DNA from: a virus
Taxonomy: Duplodnaviria; Heunggongvirae; Uroviricota; Caudoviricetes
Virus record (IMG/VR): IMGVR_UViG_3300029267_003506
Strand: one strand, 5' to 3'
Length of the DNA: 38,196 nt
The notes under the pieces are model-generated. The model was given only the letters and a program-made list of their open reading frames with translations. It had not been told where the DNA came from and made no database searches. The translations under genes were made by a program, and so were the position numbers. Position 1 is the first letter of the stretch. Each line of letters starts with the position of its first letter. This document shows, in pieces, positions 14,896 through 24,002 of the stretch.

Positions 14896-17433
14896 TCAAG
14901 TTTCGAGTTCGTGAACCACCGTAACCGTTGAGCCTGCAAAGCCCTTACAGGTCAACGTGTCACCACCCGAATCAACGTGACCACACAGCATCACGGTAAA
15001 CGGCAGGTCAGCCATAGAAGCCAACTTAATCTGACCACTACGCCAACGACCTGTCTTCGTCGTCGATTCGTTGATGTCATCCGTCAGGTCAACCGCGCCT
15101 GTGACCGTTGCCGTCGAGCCAGCAACAACCATCAGTTTGGAGTTGCCCGTATTCGCGTCCATCTCACCGTTCCAACCGACGTCGACATAAGCAGAACGGC
15201 ACGCCACTGCACCCATGCCCTGACCGATAATCTTGGAGGCCATGATGCAAGTGTCGGCACTGTAGTCGGTATCCGTGGAATCGCTTGTGGTGATTTCTTC
15301 CTCATCATTGCCATCAGCAGTAAGAGTACCGCTTGTCTTGAGAAAGACGCTTTCCTCGAACTGACTGAAGTTGTCCTGGAGCGTATCAACCTTGGACTCC
15401 ACAGTGCCCAGCAGCGTTTCATTCGTGTTCAACATCGAGACATCGGTTGCATGCTTGCTGGTGACCAACGCATCAGTTGTTGCATGTTTGCTGTCGATCT
15501 CAGCGTCAGTCGTAGCGTGCTTGCTGTCAATCTCGGCTTCGTTGGTGTCAGCCATCGACTTGACAGTGGTGAGCATCGACTCATTGGTGTTCAGCATCGA
15601 CACGTCAGTCGCGTGCTTGCTGGTAACCAACGCATCTGAAGTCGTGTGTTTGCTGGCAATGAGCGTGTCGGTAGTTGCGTGCTTGCTGTCAATCTCACCA
15701 ATAACGCCTTCGTTGTCAACAATCACGATACTCTTGCCGTTGTACCGGGTCACGCTGTTTTCAATCACCTTGACTTCTGCATAGTACGAACCCAAAGCCT
15801 GTGCAGAACTGACAGACCAGTCGTAGCGATAGACAGCGTCCGGGGTGCGACCGTCAGAGGTCATGGATGTCTCGGCAACAATCGTAGCGCCGCTCGCATC
15901 GGTAATCTTGATGGTCGGAGCGCTATCAGGTGCCTCCATGTTTCCGGACGAATCGTAGTTATACGCCCAGAAACGCACATTGGCTGAGCCTGAGTCAGGC
16001 CGCTCAAAGTCACTAGGAGCCACAATCTTGGTAAGCATATTGTTGCTGATCGCACCAATAGCATTGATTGTGGTGGTGAGCAACGACTCGTTGGTGTTCA
16101 GCATGGACGCATCAGTAGCGTGCTTGCTGGTGACCAATGCATCAGTCGTCGCATGCTTGCTGTCAATCTCGGTCTCGTTCGTATCGACCTTGGACTCGAT
16201 GGTGCCCAGCAACGTCTCATTGGTGTTAAGCATCGACACGTCAGTAGCATGCTTGCTAGTAATCAGCACGTCGGTGGTGGCGTGCTTGCTGTCAATCTCG
16301 GCTTCGTTGGTATCAGCCATTGATTTGACAGTGGTAAGCAGAGACTCATTCGTGTCCAGCATCGAGACATCAGTCGCATGCTTGCTGGTGATCAGGGCAT
16401 CCGTGGTCGTGTGTTTGCTGTCAATCTCGGCATCCGTCGCGGTGTGCTTCGTCGAGATCAGCGTGTCGGTCGTGGTGTGCTTGCTGTCAATCTCAGAATC
16501 AGTGGTGGCGTGCTTGCTGTCAATCTCGGCTTCGTTCGTATCCACCATCGACTTAACGGTGGTGAGCAGAGATTCATTCGTATCCACCTGAGAACTGATA
16601 ACGTCCTGCATTGACACCGAAGCGTCACCACTGGAAATGGTGTCAATCTTTGACTCGACCGTGTCAACCTTGGACTCGACCGTATCGACTTTGGATTCGA
16701 CCGTGTCAACCTTGGACTCGACGGTACCCAGCAGCGTTTCGTTCGTGTTAAGCATGGACGCGTCGGTTGCATGCTTGCTAGTAATCAGCGCGTCGGTGGT
16801 GGTGTGTTTGCTGTCAACCTCGGCTTCGTTCGTGTCCACCATCGACTTAACGGTGGTGAGCAGAGACTCATTCGTATCCACCTGAGAACTGATAACGTCC
16901 TGCATTGACACCGAAGCGTCACCACTGGAAATGGTGTCAATCTTTGACTCGACCGTGTCAACCTTGGATTCGACCGTGTCAACCTTGGACTCAACCGTGC
17001 CCAACAGCGTTTCGTTGGTGTTAAGCATCGACGCATCAGTAGCGTGCTTGCTGGTGATCAGCGCGTCGGTGGTTGCGTGCTTGCTGTCAACCTCAGCTTC
17101 GTTGGTATCAGCCATTGATTTGACAGTGGTGAGCAGAGATTCATTGGTGTCCACCTGGGAACTGATAACGTCCTGCATTGACACCGAAGCATCACCACTG
17201 GAAATGGTGTCAATCTTCGACTCGACCGTGTCAACCTTGGATTCGACAGTGCCCAACAGCGTTTCGTTGGTGTTAAGCATCGACACGTCAGTAGCATGCT
17301 TGCTAGTGATCAGCGCGTCGGTAGTGGAGTGTTTGCTATCTACCTCCGAGCTAGCCGTAGTAATCAGACTGTCAGTCGTCGCATGTTTACTATCGACCTC
17401 CTCTTTTACCCTTCTTTCCACATAAGCAGCCAT
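14896..17433 (-). CDS. Long repetitive S/T-rich virion protein (coiled-coil stalk + C-terminal beta domains)
   Basis: Nested 11-aa (DSKHATTDxxI) and 7-aa (VESKVDT) repeats around an Ig-like segment. Confidence 0.8.
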   Translation of the reverse strand: MAAYVERRVKEEVDSKHATTDSLITTASSEVDSKHSTTDALITSKHATDVSMLNTNETLLGTVESKVDTVESKIDTISSGDASVSMQDVISSQVDTNESLLTTVKSMADTNEAEVDSKHATTDALITSKHATDASMLNTNETLLGTVESKVDTVESKVDTVESKIDTISSGDASVSMQDVISSQVDTNESLLTTVKSMVDTNEAEVDSKHTTTDALITSKHATDASMLNTNETLLGTVESKVDTVESKVDTVESKVDTVESKIDTISSGDASVSMQDVISSQVDTNESLLTTVKSMVDTNEAEIDSKHATTDSEIDSKHTTTDTLISTKHTATDAEIDSKHTTTDALITSKHATDVSMLDTNESLLTTVKSMADTNEAEIDSKHATTDVLITSKHATDVSMLNTNETLLGTIESKVDTNETEIDSKHATTDALVTSKHATDASMLNTNESLLTTTINAIGAISNNMLTKIVAPSDFERPDSGSANVRFWAYNYDSSGNMEAPDSAPTIKITDASGATIVAETSMTSDGRTPDAVYRYDWSVSSAQALGSYYAEVKVIENSVTRYNGKSIVIVDNEGVIGEIDSKHATTDTLIASKHTTSDALVTSKHATDVSMLNTNESMLTTVKSMADTNEAEIDSKHATTDAEIDSKHATTDALVTSKHATDVSMLNTNETLLGTVESKVDTLQDNFSQFEESVFLKTSGTLTADGNDEEEITTSDSTDTDYSADTCIMASKIIGQGMGAVACRSAYVDVGWNGEMDANTGNSKLMVVAGSTATVTGAVDLTDDINESTTKTGRWRSGQIKLASMADLPFTVMLCGHVDSGGDTLTCKGFAGSTVTVVHELET
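15371..17400 (-). repeat. Intragenic tandem repeats (21-bp, 33-bp and ~250-bp units)
   Basis: accttggactcgaccgtgtca-like 21-mers and three copies of the ISSGDASVSMQDVISSQVDTNESLLTTVKSM block. Confidence 0.9.
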
Positions 17434-17450
17434 TTCAATTTCTCCTTACC

Positions 17451-18047
17451 TTAAAGAACAACCGGTTGAATGTTCAGAAGACAAAAAGAACCATCGTGCG
17501 TGTCAGCCACGTCATTTCCTATTCGCGAAAACCTGCAGTGAATAAGTTGCGTAGCCGCCACCACGCGACCTGCAGGAACAGTAACATCGTTGAACCATGC
17601 AACCTCATTGGCTGTGTTTACGGGGTCGAAGGTCAGGAGGGTCATGTAATTTGAGCCGCCACTCACGGCGTCTCCCGTGTCCTTAATCCGATAATCCAGT
17701 CGAAGCCGCAACGTCCCTGTGTGAGCAGTCGTCATGAAGTAACGCATGACAAACCTGATGCCACTCTGTGCCAGGTTCGTGACGTCAACCCTGAAAATCA
17801 CGTCCTGAACAGTGCCGTTTTGAAACTCAGCCGCATCCTCGAAGTCGTAATCGTCAATGTTGATCATGGGCGGCGCATTGCTTCCCTCATAGAAGGGAAC
17901 CGTATTTATCATCCCCGTCGTGGACGCACTCGTTACGATGACGTGGCCATCCGGGTCAACCATCCGGTCACCAGGCGTCCAAGACGCCTGATCGTGCTTC
18001 GTCAAGCCACCGGTAGCGGTTCCGATTAGGGCTACTCTGTCAGCCAT
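17451..18047 (-). CDS. Hypothetical virion protein
   Basis: Start set at MADRVAL (18047), which has a GAGGAG RBS; beta-rich. Confidence 0.7.
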   Translation of the reverse strand: MADRVALIGTATGGLTKHDQASWTPGDRMVDPDGHVIVTSASTTGMINTVPFYEGSNAPPMINIDDYDFEDAAEFQNGTVQDVIFRVDVTNLAQSGIRFVMRYFMTTAHTGTLRLRLDYRIKDTGDAVSGGSNYMTLLTFDPVNTANEVAWFNDVTVPAGRVVAATQLIHCRFSRIGNDVADTHDGSFCLLNIQPVVL

Positions 18048-18060
18048 GGCCCGCTCCTCA

Positions 18061-18456
18061 CTATGGCTTCGCTGGGCCACCGACATGGTCATTGATAAAC
18101 TCTACCAGTCGGTCGAGCGCTTCACTTGTGGTGGTCGGAGGGGGAGACGTCCACTGGGTTGGGTCATCCGGCGTATAGCCTCCCCCGCCTCCTCCCGTAT
18201 ATTTGATGTTGCCGAGCACGTCTTCTTGGTAGGTTGCCGTAACGCTGCAGAAGCCTTTCCAGGATTCGTCGTCCTGAATCAGCCAACGACCCTTGATGAG
18301 TACAGCATTACGAGACTCGGACTCGCAGATGACCTCGCCAGCCTCGATTTGGACGATGGTTCGGTCATGCACAGGGACGATCTGTTGTTGAACGTCCCCG
18401 AGGTAGAATGATCTGTCGGCGGTCCACTCTCTGATCACAATACGTCCTCGCGACAA
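18061..18456 (-). CDS. Hypothetical protein
   Basis: 131 aa ORF downstream of a copy of the phage promoter-like motif. Confidence 0.65.
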   Translation of the reverse strand: MSRGRIVIREWTADRSFYLGDVQQQIVPVHDRTIVQIEAGEVICESESRNAVLIKGRWLIQDDESWKGFCSVTATYQEDVLGNIKYTGGGGGGYTPDDPTQWTSPPPTTTSEALDRLVEFINDHVGGPAKP

Positions 18457-18478
18457 CGCCTCTCATAAAGGAGGCGAA

Positions 18479-18492
18479 TATCAAATAAATAT
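18479..18492 (-). promoter_or_regulatory. Phage promoter-like motif ATAWTTNKTTGATA (copy 1 of 6)
   Basis: Same-strand intergenic copies at 18479, 21121, 26987, 28784, 33085 and 37345. Confidence 0.7.
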
Positions 18493-18643
18493 GAAACATA
18501 TCGGCAAGGCCGTCTCGGTCAGGACTCGACCGGAAATGATGATGTGTTGCAGGTGTGAAAGGTCTTTTCTTTTCCCGAGTTATGACTCCCGGGGCGGTAT
18601 CAATCGCTAAACCTACGAATTCCTTTCGGTAATGGTCTGCGCT

Positions 18644-19051
18644 TTACCTTTCCAGTTTTTCATACAACTTGATTCGTTCGTTCTTTCCTCTGGCATATTC
18701 GTTGTATGAACGCACTGTAGCCTCATTTTTGCGACCCCAGCGCAGCAATTTCTCGATATTCCGCCTTACCTTCTGGCGACCTTCTTCTCTTTTTTCATCT
18801 GCCTCGGCTAAGATACGCGCTGCCTCTTCCTTTCTGATGTCTTTGGCACCATCTTCAAGGGATTTTCTGACCAGTTCAGCGAGTTCCTTGTAGGGCATCA
18901 TCTCCGCGCCGCTAATATTCTCCAGCCTCTCCATCTCAGCCACAGGATAGACAGGATAACGCTCATAGACGAACTCCTGCCTGTGTCCCACATTAACGGT
19001 ACACCCAACCAGGCACACGAGCGCGGCACACAGCATGAAGAGTCTCGTCAT
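18644..19051 (-). CDS. Lipoprotein (spanin-like candidate)
   Basis: Signal peptide with LVGC lipobox; helical charged body. Confidence 0.65.
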   Translation of the reverse strand: MTRLFMLCAALVCLVGCTVNVGHRQEFVYERYPVYPVAEMERLENISGAEMMPYKELAELVRKSLEDGAKDIRKEEAARILAEADEKREEGRQKVRRNIEKLLRWGRKNEATVRSYNEYARGKNERIKLYEKLER

Positions 19052-19272
19052 TTCGGTCGCCTCACTTCATCAAAATTCAAGCCACCATCCTCGGTTTCCA
19101 CGACGCCTGAGTTCGACGCATCAATCTCGTCATGCTCAGACACCACGCTATCCTCCTCGTTCGCCGCATCTACCACGCTGTTTACCTGTTCCTCGGCTAC
19201 GTCATTCTTCCGGAAGACTGACACCAGCCACTGAAGCAGGTCCCATAACCATGACAGAAAACCTTTCACCAT
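19048..19272 (-). CDS. Small protein with amphipathic N-terminus and acidic tail
   Basis: MVKGFLSWLWDLLQWLVSVFRK; 4-nt overlap with the lipoprotein gene. Confidence 0.65.
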   Translation of the reverse strand: MVKGFLSWLWDLLQWLVSVFRKNDVAEEQVNSVVDAANEEDSVVSEHDEIDASNSGVVETEDGGLNFDEVRRPK

Positions 19273-19340
19273 GGTTAGTCCTCCTCATAGCCACAACGCT
19301 TGAGATGCCCCTTCGAATCCGCTAGAGACAGCAACAGTCG

Positions 19341-19493
19341 CTACCGTCCCTTGACCGTCACCGCAGAAGAGTCACCGATTTTGACGCCAGAGCCCGCCGT
19401 TTGTTTCTTGACGGCGGCTGTCTTGAGAACGCCATCTTTGTCTTTGAAACACTTCTGCTCGGGCTTGCGTTGTTCCTTGCGCTTAATCATCAT
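19341..19493 (-). CDS. Small basic hypothetical protein (50 aa)
   Basis: Manual translation MMIKRKEQRK...VTVKGR*; GGAGG RBS; ATGA overlap with the metacaspase stop. Confidence 0.55.
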   Translation of the reverse strand: MMIKRKEQRKPEQKCFKDKDGVLKTAAVKKQTAGSGVKIGDSSAVTVKGR

Positions 19494-20476
19494 ATTCCTC
19501 CGAAGGGAACAACATCCAACATGTCGTCAGGTCCGCTCAATTGGGGAATCTGGCTATATCTGCCAGCCTTCAAGTCGCCAATGACCTTCTGGTGGATGCT
19601 TATCCAGTCCGCATCTGGCATCTCATCCAACACGCTCGTTAGAGTGGCTGTCAATGCACCTTGGTATTCGCCGTCAATGTAGGCATCTGCGCTCGTTTGG
19701 TCATCCCGACAACCCGAAATCAACATGTGGTTTTGGGGATTGATACGCGTAACATCGTTCGAGCGCACTCCAACTTCCCGCCACCCCACGCGCTTCCTTT
19801 GCAGTGACCGACCATGGCTTCGCAGCATGATATCAACAGGAGGACGCAGATAACGAATTCCAGTTGGGTGGGGATTTCCGAACGTCCCCCTATCAACGGT
19901 GCCACTGTGACAACAATCTGCGACAAAGGTCAGACGCGCGCCTTTCTTGGCTACACGCTTGAAATAGGTAGCCAGGAGGTCATCAGTGAGTGGGTCATCC
20001 CAATCCATGTCATGCGTGCAGAGCAACTCGTCAAGGTGGTCATCTAGTTCATCATTGTTTCTATCACGCGTCTGAGAACCATGCCCAGAAAAATGAAAAA
20101 CGAGATGGTCGCCCGCCTTCGCAACCTGAACGAGCCATTCAAGTCGCTGTATGATGTTAGCCTTGGTCGCGCGAGCATCAGTGAGCACCCGGATGTTATC
20201 AGGGTCGAAATGGTAAAGTTTCGTCAGCCGTTCCCACATGCTTTCCACGTCGTTTACGCACCCACGCAAATCTGCTCCGGGCATCGCGTATTTGTTAATA
20301 CCCACCAACAAGGCGTAGCGATTCTTCTTCATGGGCACTACAGAATCCGCTGGCGTCGAAGGGTTTGTCGATTCATCTGCCACTGGTTTCACGCCTCCAA
20401 ATCCAAGTAGTTTCCTGAAGAAAGCCACAATCGCCCGCACAAAGCCCATAGCCATCTCCTCATCACGCGGAAACAT
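19490..20476 (-). CDS. Caspase-family (C14, metacaspase/orthocaspase) protease
   Basis: YALLVGINKY, LRGCVND, FHFSGHGSQ (catalytic His), ADCCHSG (catalytic Cys) and QIPQL motifs. Confidence 0.93.
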   Translation of the reverse strand: MFPRDEEMAMGFVRAIVAFFRKLLGFGGVKPVADESTNPSTPADSVVPMKKNRYALLVGINKYAMPGADLRGCVNDVESMWERLTKLYHFDPDNIRVLTDARATKANIIQRLEWLVQVAKAGDHLVFHFSGHGSQTRDRNNDELDDHLDELLCTHDMDWDDPLTDDLLATYFKRVAKKGARLTFVADCCHSGTVDRGTFGNPHPTGIRYLRPPVDIMLRSHGRSLQRKRVGWREVGVRSNDVTRINPQNHMLISGCRDDQTSADAYIDGEYQGALTATLTSVLDEMPDADWISIHQKVIGDLKAGRYSQIPQLSGPDDMLDVVPFGGI

Positions 20477-20525
20477 CTGGTGGACGGACCCAAGTCACCA
20501 CTGTCCGCCCACCAGTCACGTCGAT

Positions 20526-21086
20526 TTACTGATTCATCACTTGTTTCTTGAGTTCCCTGCCAAAAATCGCCACGGGGTCTTCCACGCTTCGAGTAGCCGT
20601 CGCCTCAGTCTCATTTGGCGGAGGACGGTCATTCATGTCATACTCGTTGCAACCAGTAATCAATCCAACGCAAAGGGCGTCGATGCGTCGAACGTTGTTG
20701 ATGCCTATCACGTCTACTGGCAGCGTCACTCCCTCAATCTGGGCTAAGGCTATTTCCAGCAAGAATCGGTACCTCTCCGGAATGATTTTTTCCAACGCCT
20801 CCGTAACCTCCGGAATCGTCAGGTCGGCTACCTTTCCGGTCTTGAGGAACAATCTCATGGCTTCTGCGATTTCCTTTGTTTTTTCCTGAATCGCTGGAGC
20901 CTGTTCAGCCGGCACCAAATCCAACGTCGTGTTTATGGAGATGTCGCCACTTCCTCGCAATGCTGCTCGCTGAGGATTCATCCCTGGCGGCTCACAGCCC
21001 GTCACCAAAAACATCGACGCCAATACAACCAGCAATACGCCCATGCCTCTCATCTCATTTCCTCCATCCAGAATATCCGGCCACAC
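20526..21086 (-). CDS. Lipoprotein
   Basis: Hydrophobic signal with LVTGC lipobox. Confidence 0.7.
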   Translation of the reverse strand: MWPDILDGGNEMRGMGVLLVVLASMFLVTGCEPPGMNPQRAALRGSGDISINTTLDLVPAEQAPAIQEKTKEIAEAMRLFLKTGKVADLTIPEVTEALEKIIPERYRFLLEIALAQIEGVTLPVDVIGINNVRRIDALCVGLITGCNEYDMNDRPPPNETEATATRSVEDPVAIFGRELKKQVMNQ

Positions 21087-21130
21087 GATAGCCGGTAAGA
21101 ATCCTCCACGAAAGACACAATATCAAAGAA

Positions 21131-21727
21131 TTATGACCTGACCGGTGTAAACTCAGCCTGCAAAATGTGAGAAACACCTGGAAAATGCAACGCGGCAAAA
21201 CGCTCAATCGCAGCCACATCCCCAATGTGCTGAAAGGTCGTCGTGCGTAACTCCACGTCTACTCTGTATTTCTGGGCTGCTCTCACCGTCTCTGTAACGC
21301 GCTGAAGATACATCTCGTCGTCAATTGTCGTTCCTAAAACGTTACTAGCATTAGAGATACACTTCAGGTCCACGCTGAGGGCGTCCAGAATTCCCCGGGA
21401 CGCCACATTTTCGACGACATCAGGCATCATTCCGTTCGTGAAGACCTTAACCCTCAATGCGTGCTTTGTATGAGCCCTTTCGGCGGCGTCTACGAGTTTC
21501 TGACCCCAAAGGGTAGGTTCACCTCCCAGGAAGACCGCTGCTTCGTGCAGCGGCGTTATATGGGCGTCCAGCAACTCAATAGCGGTTCCTTTCGACTCTC
21601 CCTGCGTAATCTCTTCGTAGTTGTAGCACCCCCGGCAAGCAAGATTACAGCCAGAGCAAAAAAGCACGAGAGCCTGATAGTCTTCGTATTCCTGAAAACT
21701 GTCCAAAATCACCTGAACGATTTTCAT
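21131..21727 (-). CDS. nrdG: Anaerobic RNR activating enzyme (radical SAM)
   Basis: CSGCNLACRGCYN CxxxCxxC motif and FLGGEPT; directly downstream of nrdD. Confidence 0.92.
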   Translation of the reverse strand: MKIVQVILDSFQEYEDYQALVLFCSGCNLACRGCYNYEEITQGESKGTAIELLDAHITPLHEAAVFLGGEPTLWGQKLVDAAERAHTKHALRVKVFTNGMMPDVVENVASRGILDALSVDLKCISNASNVLGTTIDDEMYLQRVTETVRAAQKYRVDVELRTTTFQHIGDVAAIERFAALHFPGVSHILQAEFTPVRS

Positions 21728-22320
21728 GCTGATGCCAAGACCTCCTCAAACTTCCCGACTGCTTCAATCGCAATGGGCTCCTCTGGAGCCACGCCGCCAT
21801 TCGAGTAGAAAACCCGATTTGGATATTCGTAGCCACGGCGCACAGGATTCCAACTCCTAACTGGTGTCACGAATCCGACCACCCGCGTGTACTGCTGCTG
21901 GATAGGCTCGCCGCAGACGGGACAAATTTCCTTGCGCCCGATGCTGTAGTGTAATTTCGCGCACTCACTGTAGGCGTAGTTAACCGCGAAATACACAGTA
22001 CCACTATTCTTCGCATGCTCCATGATGCGCTTGAACTGCCGGGCTCCCAAGGGCTTCTCATCGTCCACGTTCATGTGAAGGATGGCACCCCCGCTTGTCA
22101 ACCCGTCAATGCGCCCCTGGATACGAAACCGGTCGTGAATGCTGGCTTCCTCAACCAGCGGAATGTACTGGTTCGAGTAGAGTTCAAATTCCCTCGGATT
22201 GAACCCCATGAGGCGGTCAATCTGAGCCAGCCGCACAGCCATTGACTCGGCTGGAATTTGCTCAATGTTATAGATTGTTTTTTCCTGTTTCCTGTTTGCG
22301 GTCGCTTTGACGAATTTCAC
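21724..22320 (-). CDS. nrdD: Class III RNR, C-terminal polypeptide (glycyl-radical domain)
   Basis: YNIEQIPAES, SGGAILH, Zn-site cysteines and YTRVVGF glycyl-radical loop. Candidate GTG start at 22320 with an AAAGGA RBS. Confidence 0.88.
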   Translation of the reverse strand: MKFVKATANRKQEKTIYNIEQIPAESMAVRLAQIDRLMGFNPREFELYSNQYIPLVEEASIHDRFRIQGRIDGLTSGGAILHMNVDDEKPLGARQFKRIMEHAKNSGTVYFAVNYAYSECAKLHYSIGRKEICPVCGEPIQQQYTRVVGFVTPVRSWNPVRRGYEYPNRVFYSNGGVAPEEPIAIEAVGKFEEVLASA

Positions 22321-23956
22321 AGGTTTTCCTTTCAAATCGAAGCATGCCGGCGTCAAAAATCCTGTAATAGCCGTTTTTCATCATATTCTCGCATTCAGAA
22401 AGACTCGGGTCATAGTCGTCCAGAATATGCGGCAGTTTGTGTTTCTGAAACCTAACCCGGCTTTGAAGTTTCCGGCTCCCTTTCCGGAAGTAGTAGTAGT
22501 TCGGTTGAGTCAGTCCACAATTCTGGAACCCAACCTTCTCGTATCCGCGCCCATCGAACAAGCGCACATCACAGTAACTAACAATCGATCCTTCTACTCT
22601 CTTCAGCAAGCGACTCAAACCACCAATGACCGACAATCCAGCCTTTGAACAAAACCTCAGCAATTCCCAATCAAAATCCTTCCTGTATCTCGCCTTGCCA
22701 AAGACGGCAACAGCAACGATTTCCCCACCGCGAAAAAGACCAAGCGCCAAGGAACCACCGATGCATGATCCTTGGATGTGGTTTTGTTCCAGAAACTCCA
22801 CCTCGTCTCTCCTGGGAACTTCTGCCACCTCACATTGCCTGGCATAAACGGAAACATTCTTACCGACAGCGGAACGAATCAGCGACTTGACACACTCAAA
22901 CCTGTCCGCCATTTCGCTGTCAAAAATCTGAATCAGCCTTATGCCTTTCTCCCGGAAAAACAGGTACTTCTCACGGTGGTATGACTTGTCTTTGAACAGG
23001 TCAGAATGCCAGTACGCCCCATGGTGTTCAATCCCCACGCTGCAGCCCGGGAGAAATACATCAATCTCGTGATATCTCGTCCCGTCGTAGTAAAATCTCC
23101 TGTTCCTCTCGGAGGCAATCCCCAGGTCCGAAACAACCTTCTCTATCTCATCTTCTGCCGCACTCGTGTATTTATGTTCTTGCGATGGACAAAACACCAA
23201 TTGAGCGACACAGCTATCCCCCTCGAACTCCAAACCGCACCGCAAGCATCTGTATTTGAAACCAGCCGTTGCCTCGATAAAAAAGGCTCTATCGAACAAC
23301 GCCTCAATTTGCTTCTGTCTCATCTGAATAAGGAAAAGTTCATACCGACTTCTTCTTGCCGCTTGTCTGAATCTTTCCTTCCAATCCTCCGTCATGGCGT
23401 AATGTTTAACACCACGGCGTTTCAGGTGCGTCTGTCTCTTTTTTTCCTCTATCTCTTCTCTTCTTCCTTTCATCCTTTCCTGAAACTCTTCCGTCTTGAA
23501 ATAGTTGTCAGCACCATACCTTCGGATCATCGCCTGTCTGTGCTTTTCTGTGCCGAACTGATGTTCCTCGCCAGACACCCTGATATTGGCGAGGCTTCTC
23601 TCTCTTGCCTCCTTACTCCTCGTCCTCCACGACTTCGAAATAGCCACCCTTCGCTTTTGTATCGCCTCTTCAGTAGATGTGCCGCTCACAATCTGCTTCG
23701 TTCTTATTCTCCGGTTCTCATCGTCGGACCAGAATTGCCCGGTTGCGCAAGAACAACTGCAAAATCTTCGGTATCCTTTTCCGAAGGAGATAAAGGTCGT
23801 CGGCGCACCGCAGGCTTGACAGATTCCCTCTCCCTGTTTCCGAAGACGCTGGTCGTAGTAGTCCACCGGGTCACAGTCGGGATGTTTTTGGCACAGGTGT
23901 TTCCTAACCCCGTCCTTGTTCTTGAATCCCGTTTTTCCACATATCTCGCACTTCAT
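22268..23956 (-). CDS. Free-standing Hef-like homing endonuclease (Zn fingers + PD-(D/E)XK-like + GNAT-like)
   Basis: CEICG...HLCQKH, EIDVFLPGCSVGIEHHGAYWHS...GIRLIQIF, ELLRFCS...GGLSRLL; sits between the two nrdD halves. Confidence 0.8.
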   Translation of the reverse strand: MKCEICGKTGFKNKDGVRKHLCQKHPDCDPVDYYDQRLRKQGEGICQACGAPTTFISFGKGYRRFCSCSCATGQFWSDDENRRIRTKQIVSGTSTEEAIQKRRVAISKSWRTRSKEARERSLANIRVSGEEHQFGTEKHRQAMIRRYGADNYFKTEEFQERMKGRREEIEEKKRQTHLKRRGVKHYAMTEDWKERFRQAARRSRYELFLIQMRQKQIEALFDRAFFIEATAGFKYRCLRCGLEFEGDSCVAQLVFCPSQEHKYTSAAEDEIEKVVSDLGIASERNRRFYYDGTRYHEIDVFLPGCSVGIEHHGAYWHSDLFKDKSYHREKYLFFREKGIRLIQIFDSEMADRFECVKSLIRSAVGKNVSVYARQCEVAEVPRRDEVEFLEQNHIQGSCIGGSLALGLFRGGEIVAVAVFGKARYRKDFDWELLRFCSKAGLSVIGGLSRLLKRVEGSIVSYCDVRLFDGRGYEKVGFQNCGLTQPNYYYFRKGSRKLQSRVRFQKHKLPHILDDYDPSLSECENMMKNGYYRIFDAGMLRFERKTCEIRQSDRKQETGKNNL

Positions 23957-24002
23957 GTGGCTTCCCCACCTACCTCGGTTTTCCACGGCAACACAAGGAA
24001 CC

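Noticed and set aside
15371-17400. CRISPR-like or non-coding repeat array
   Set aside because: The repeats are in-frame coding units with wobble-position variation and no unique spacers. No CRISPR array was seen in the window.
17440-17460. Possible target of the orphan omegaRNA guide (TAAGGTA match)
   Set aside because: Only 7 nt match, which is expected by chance.
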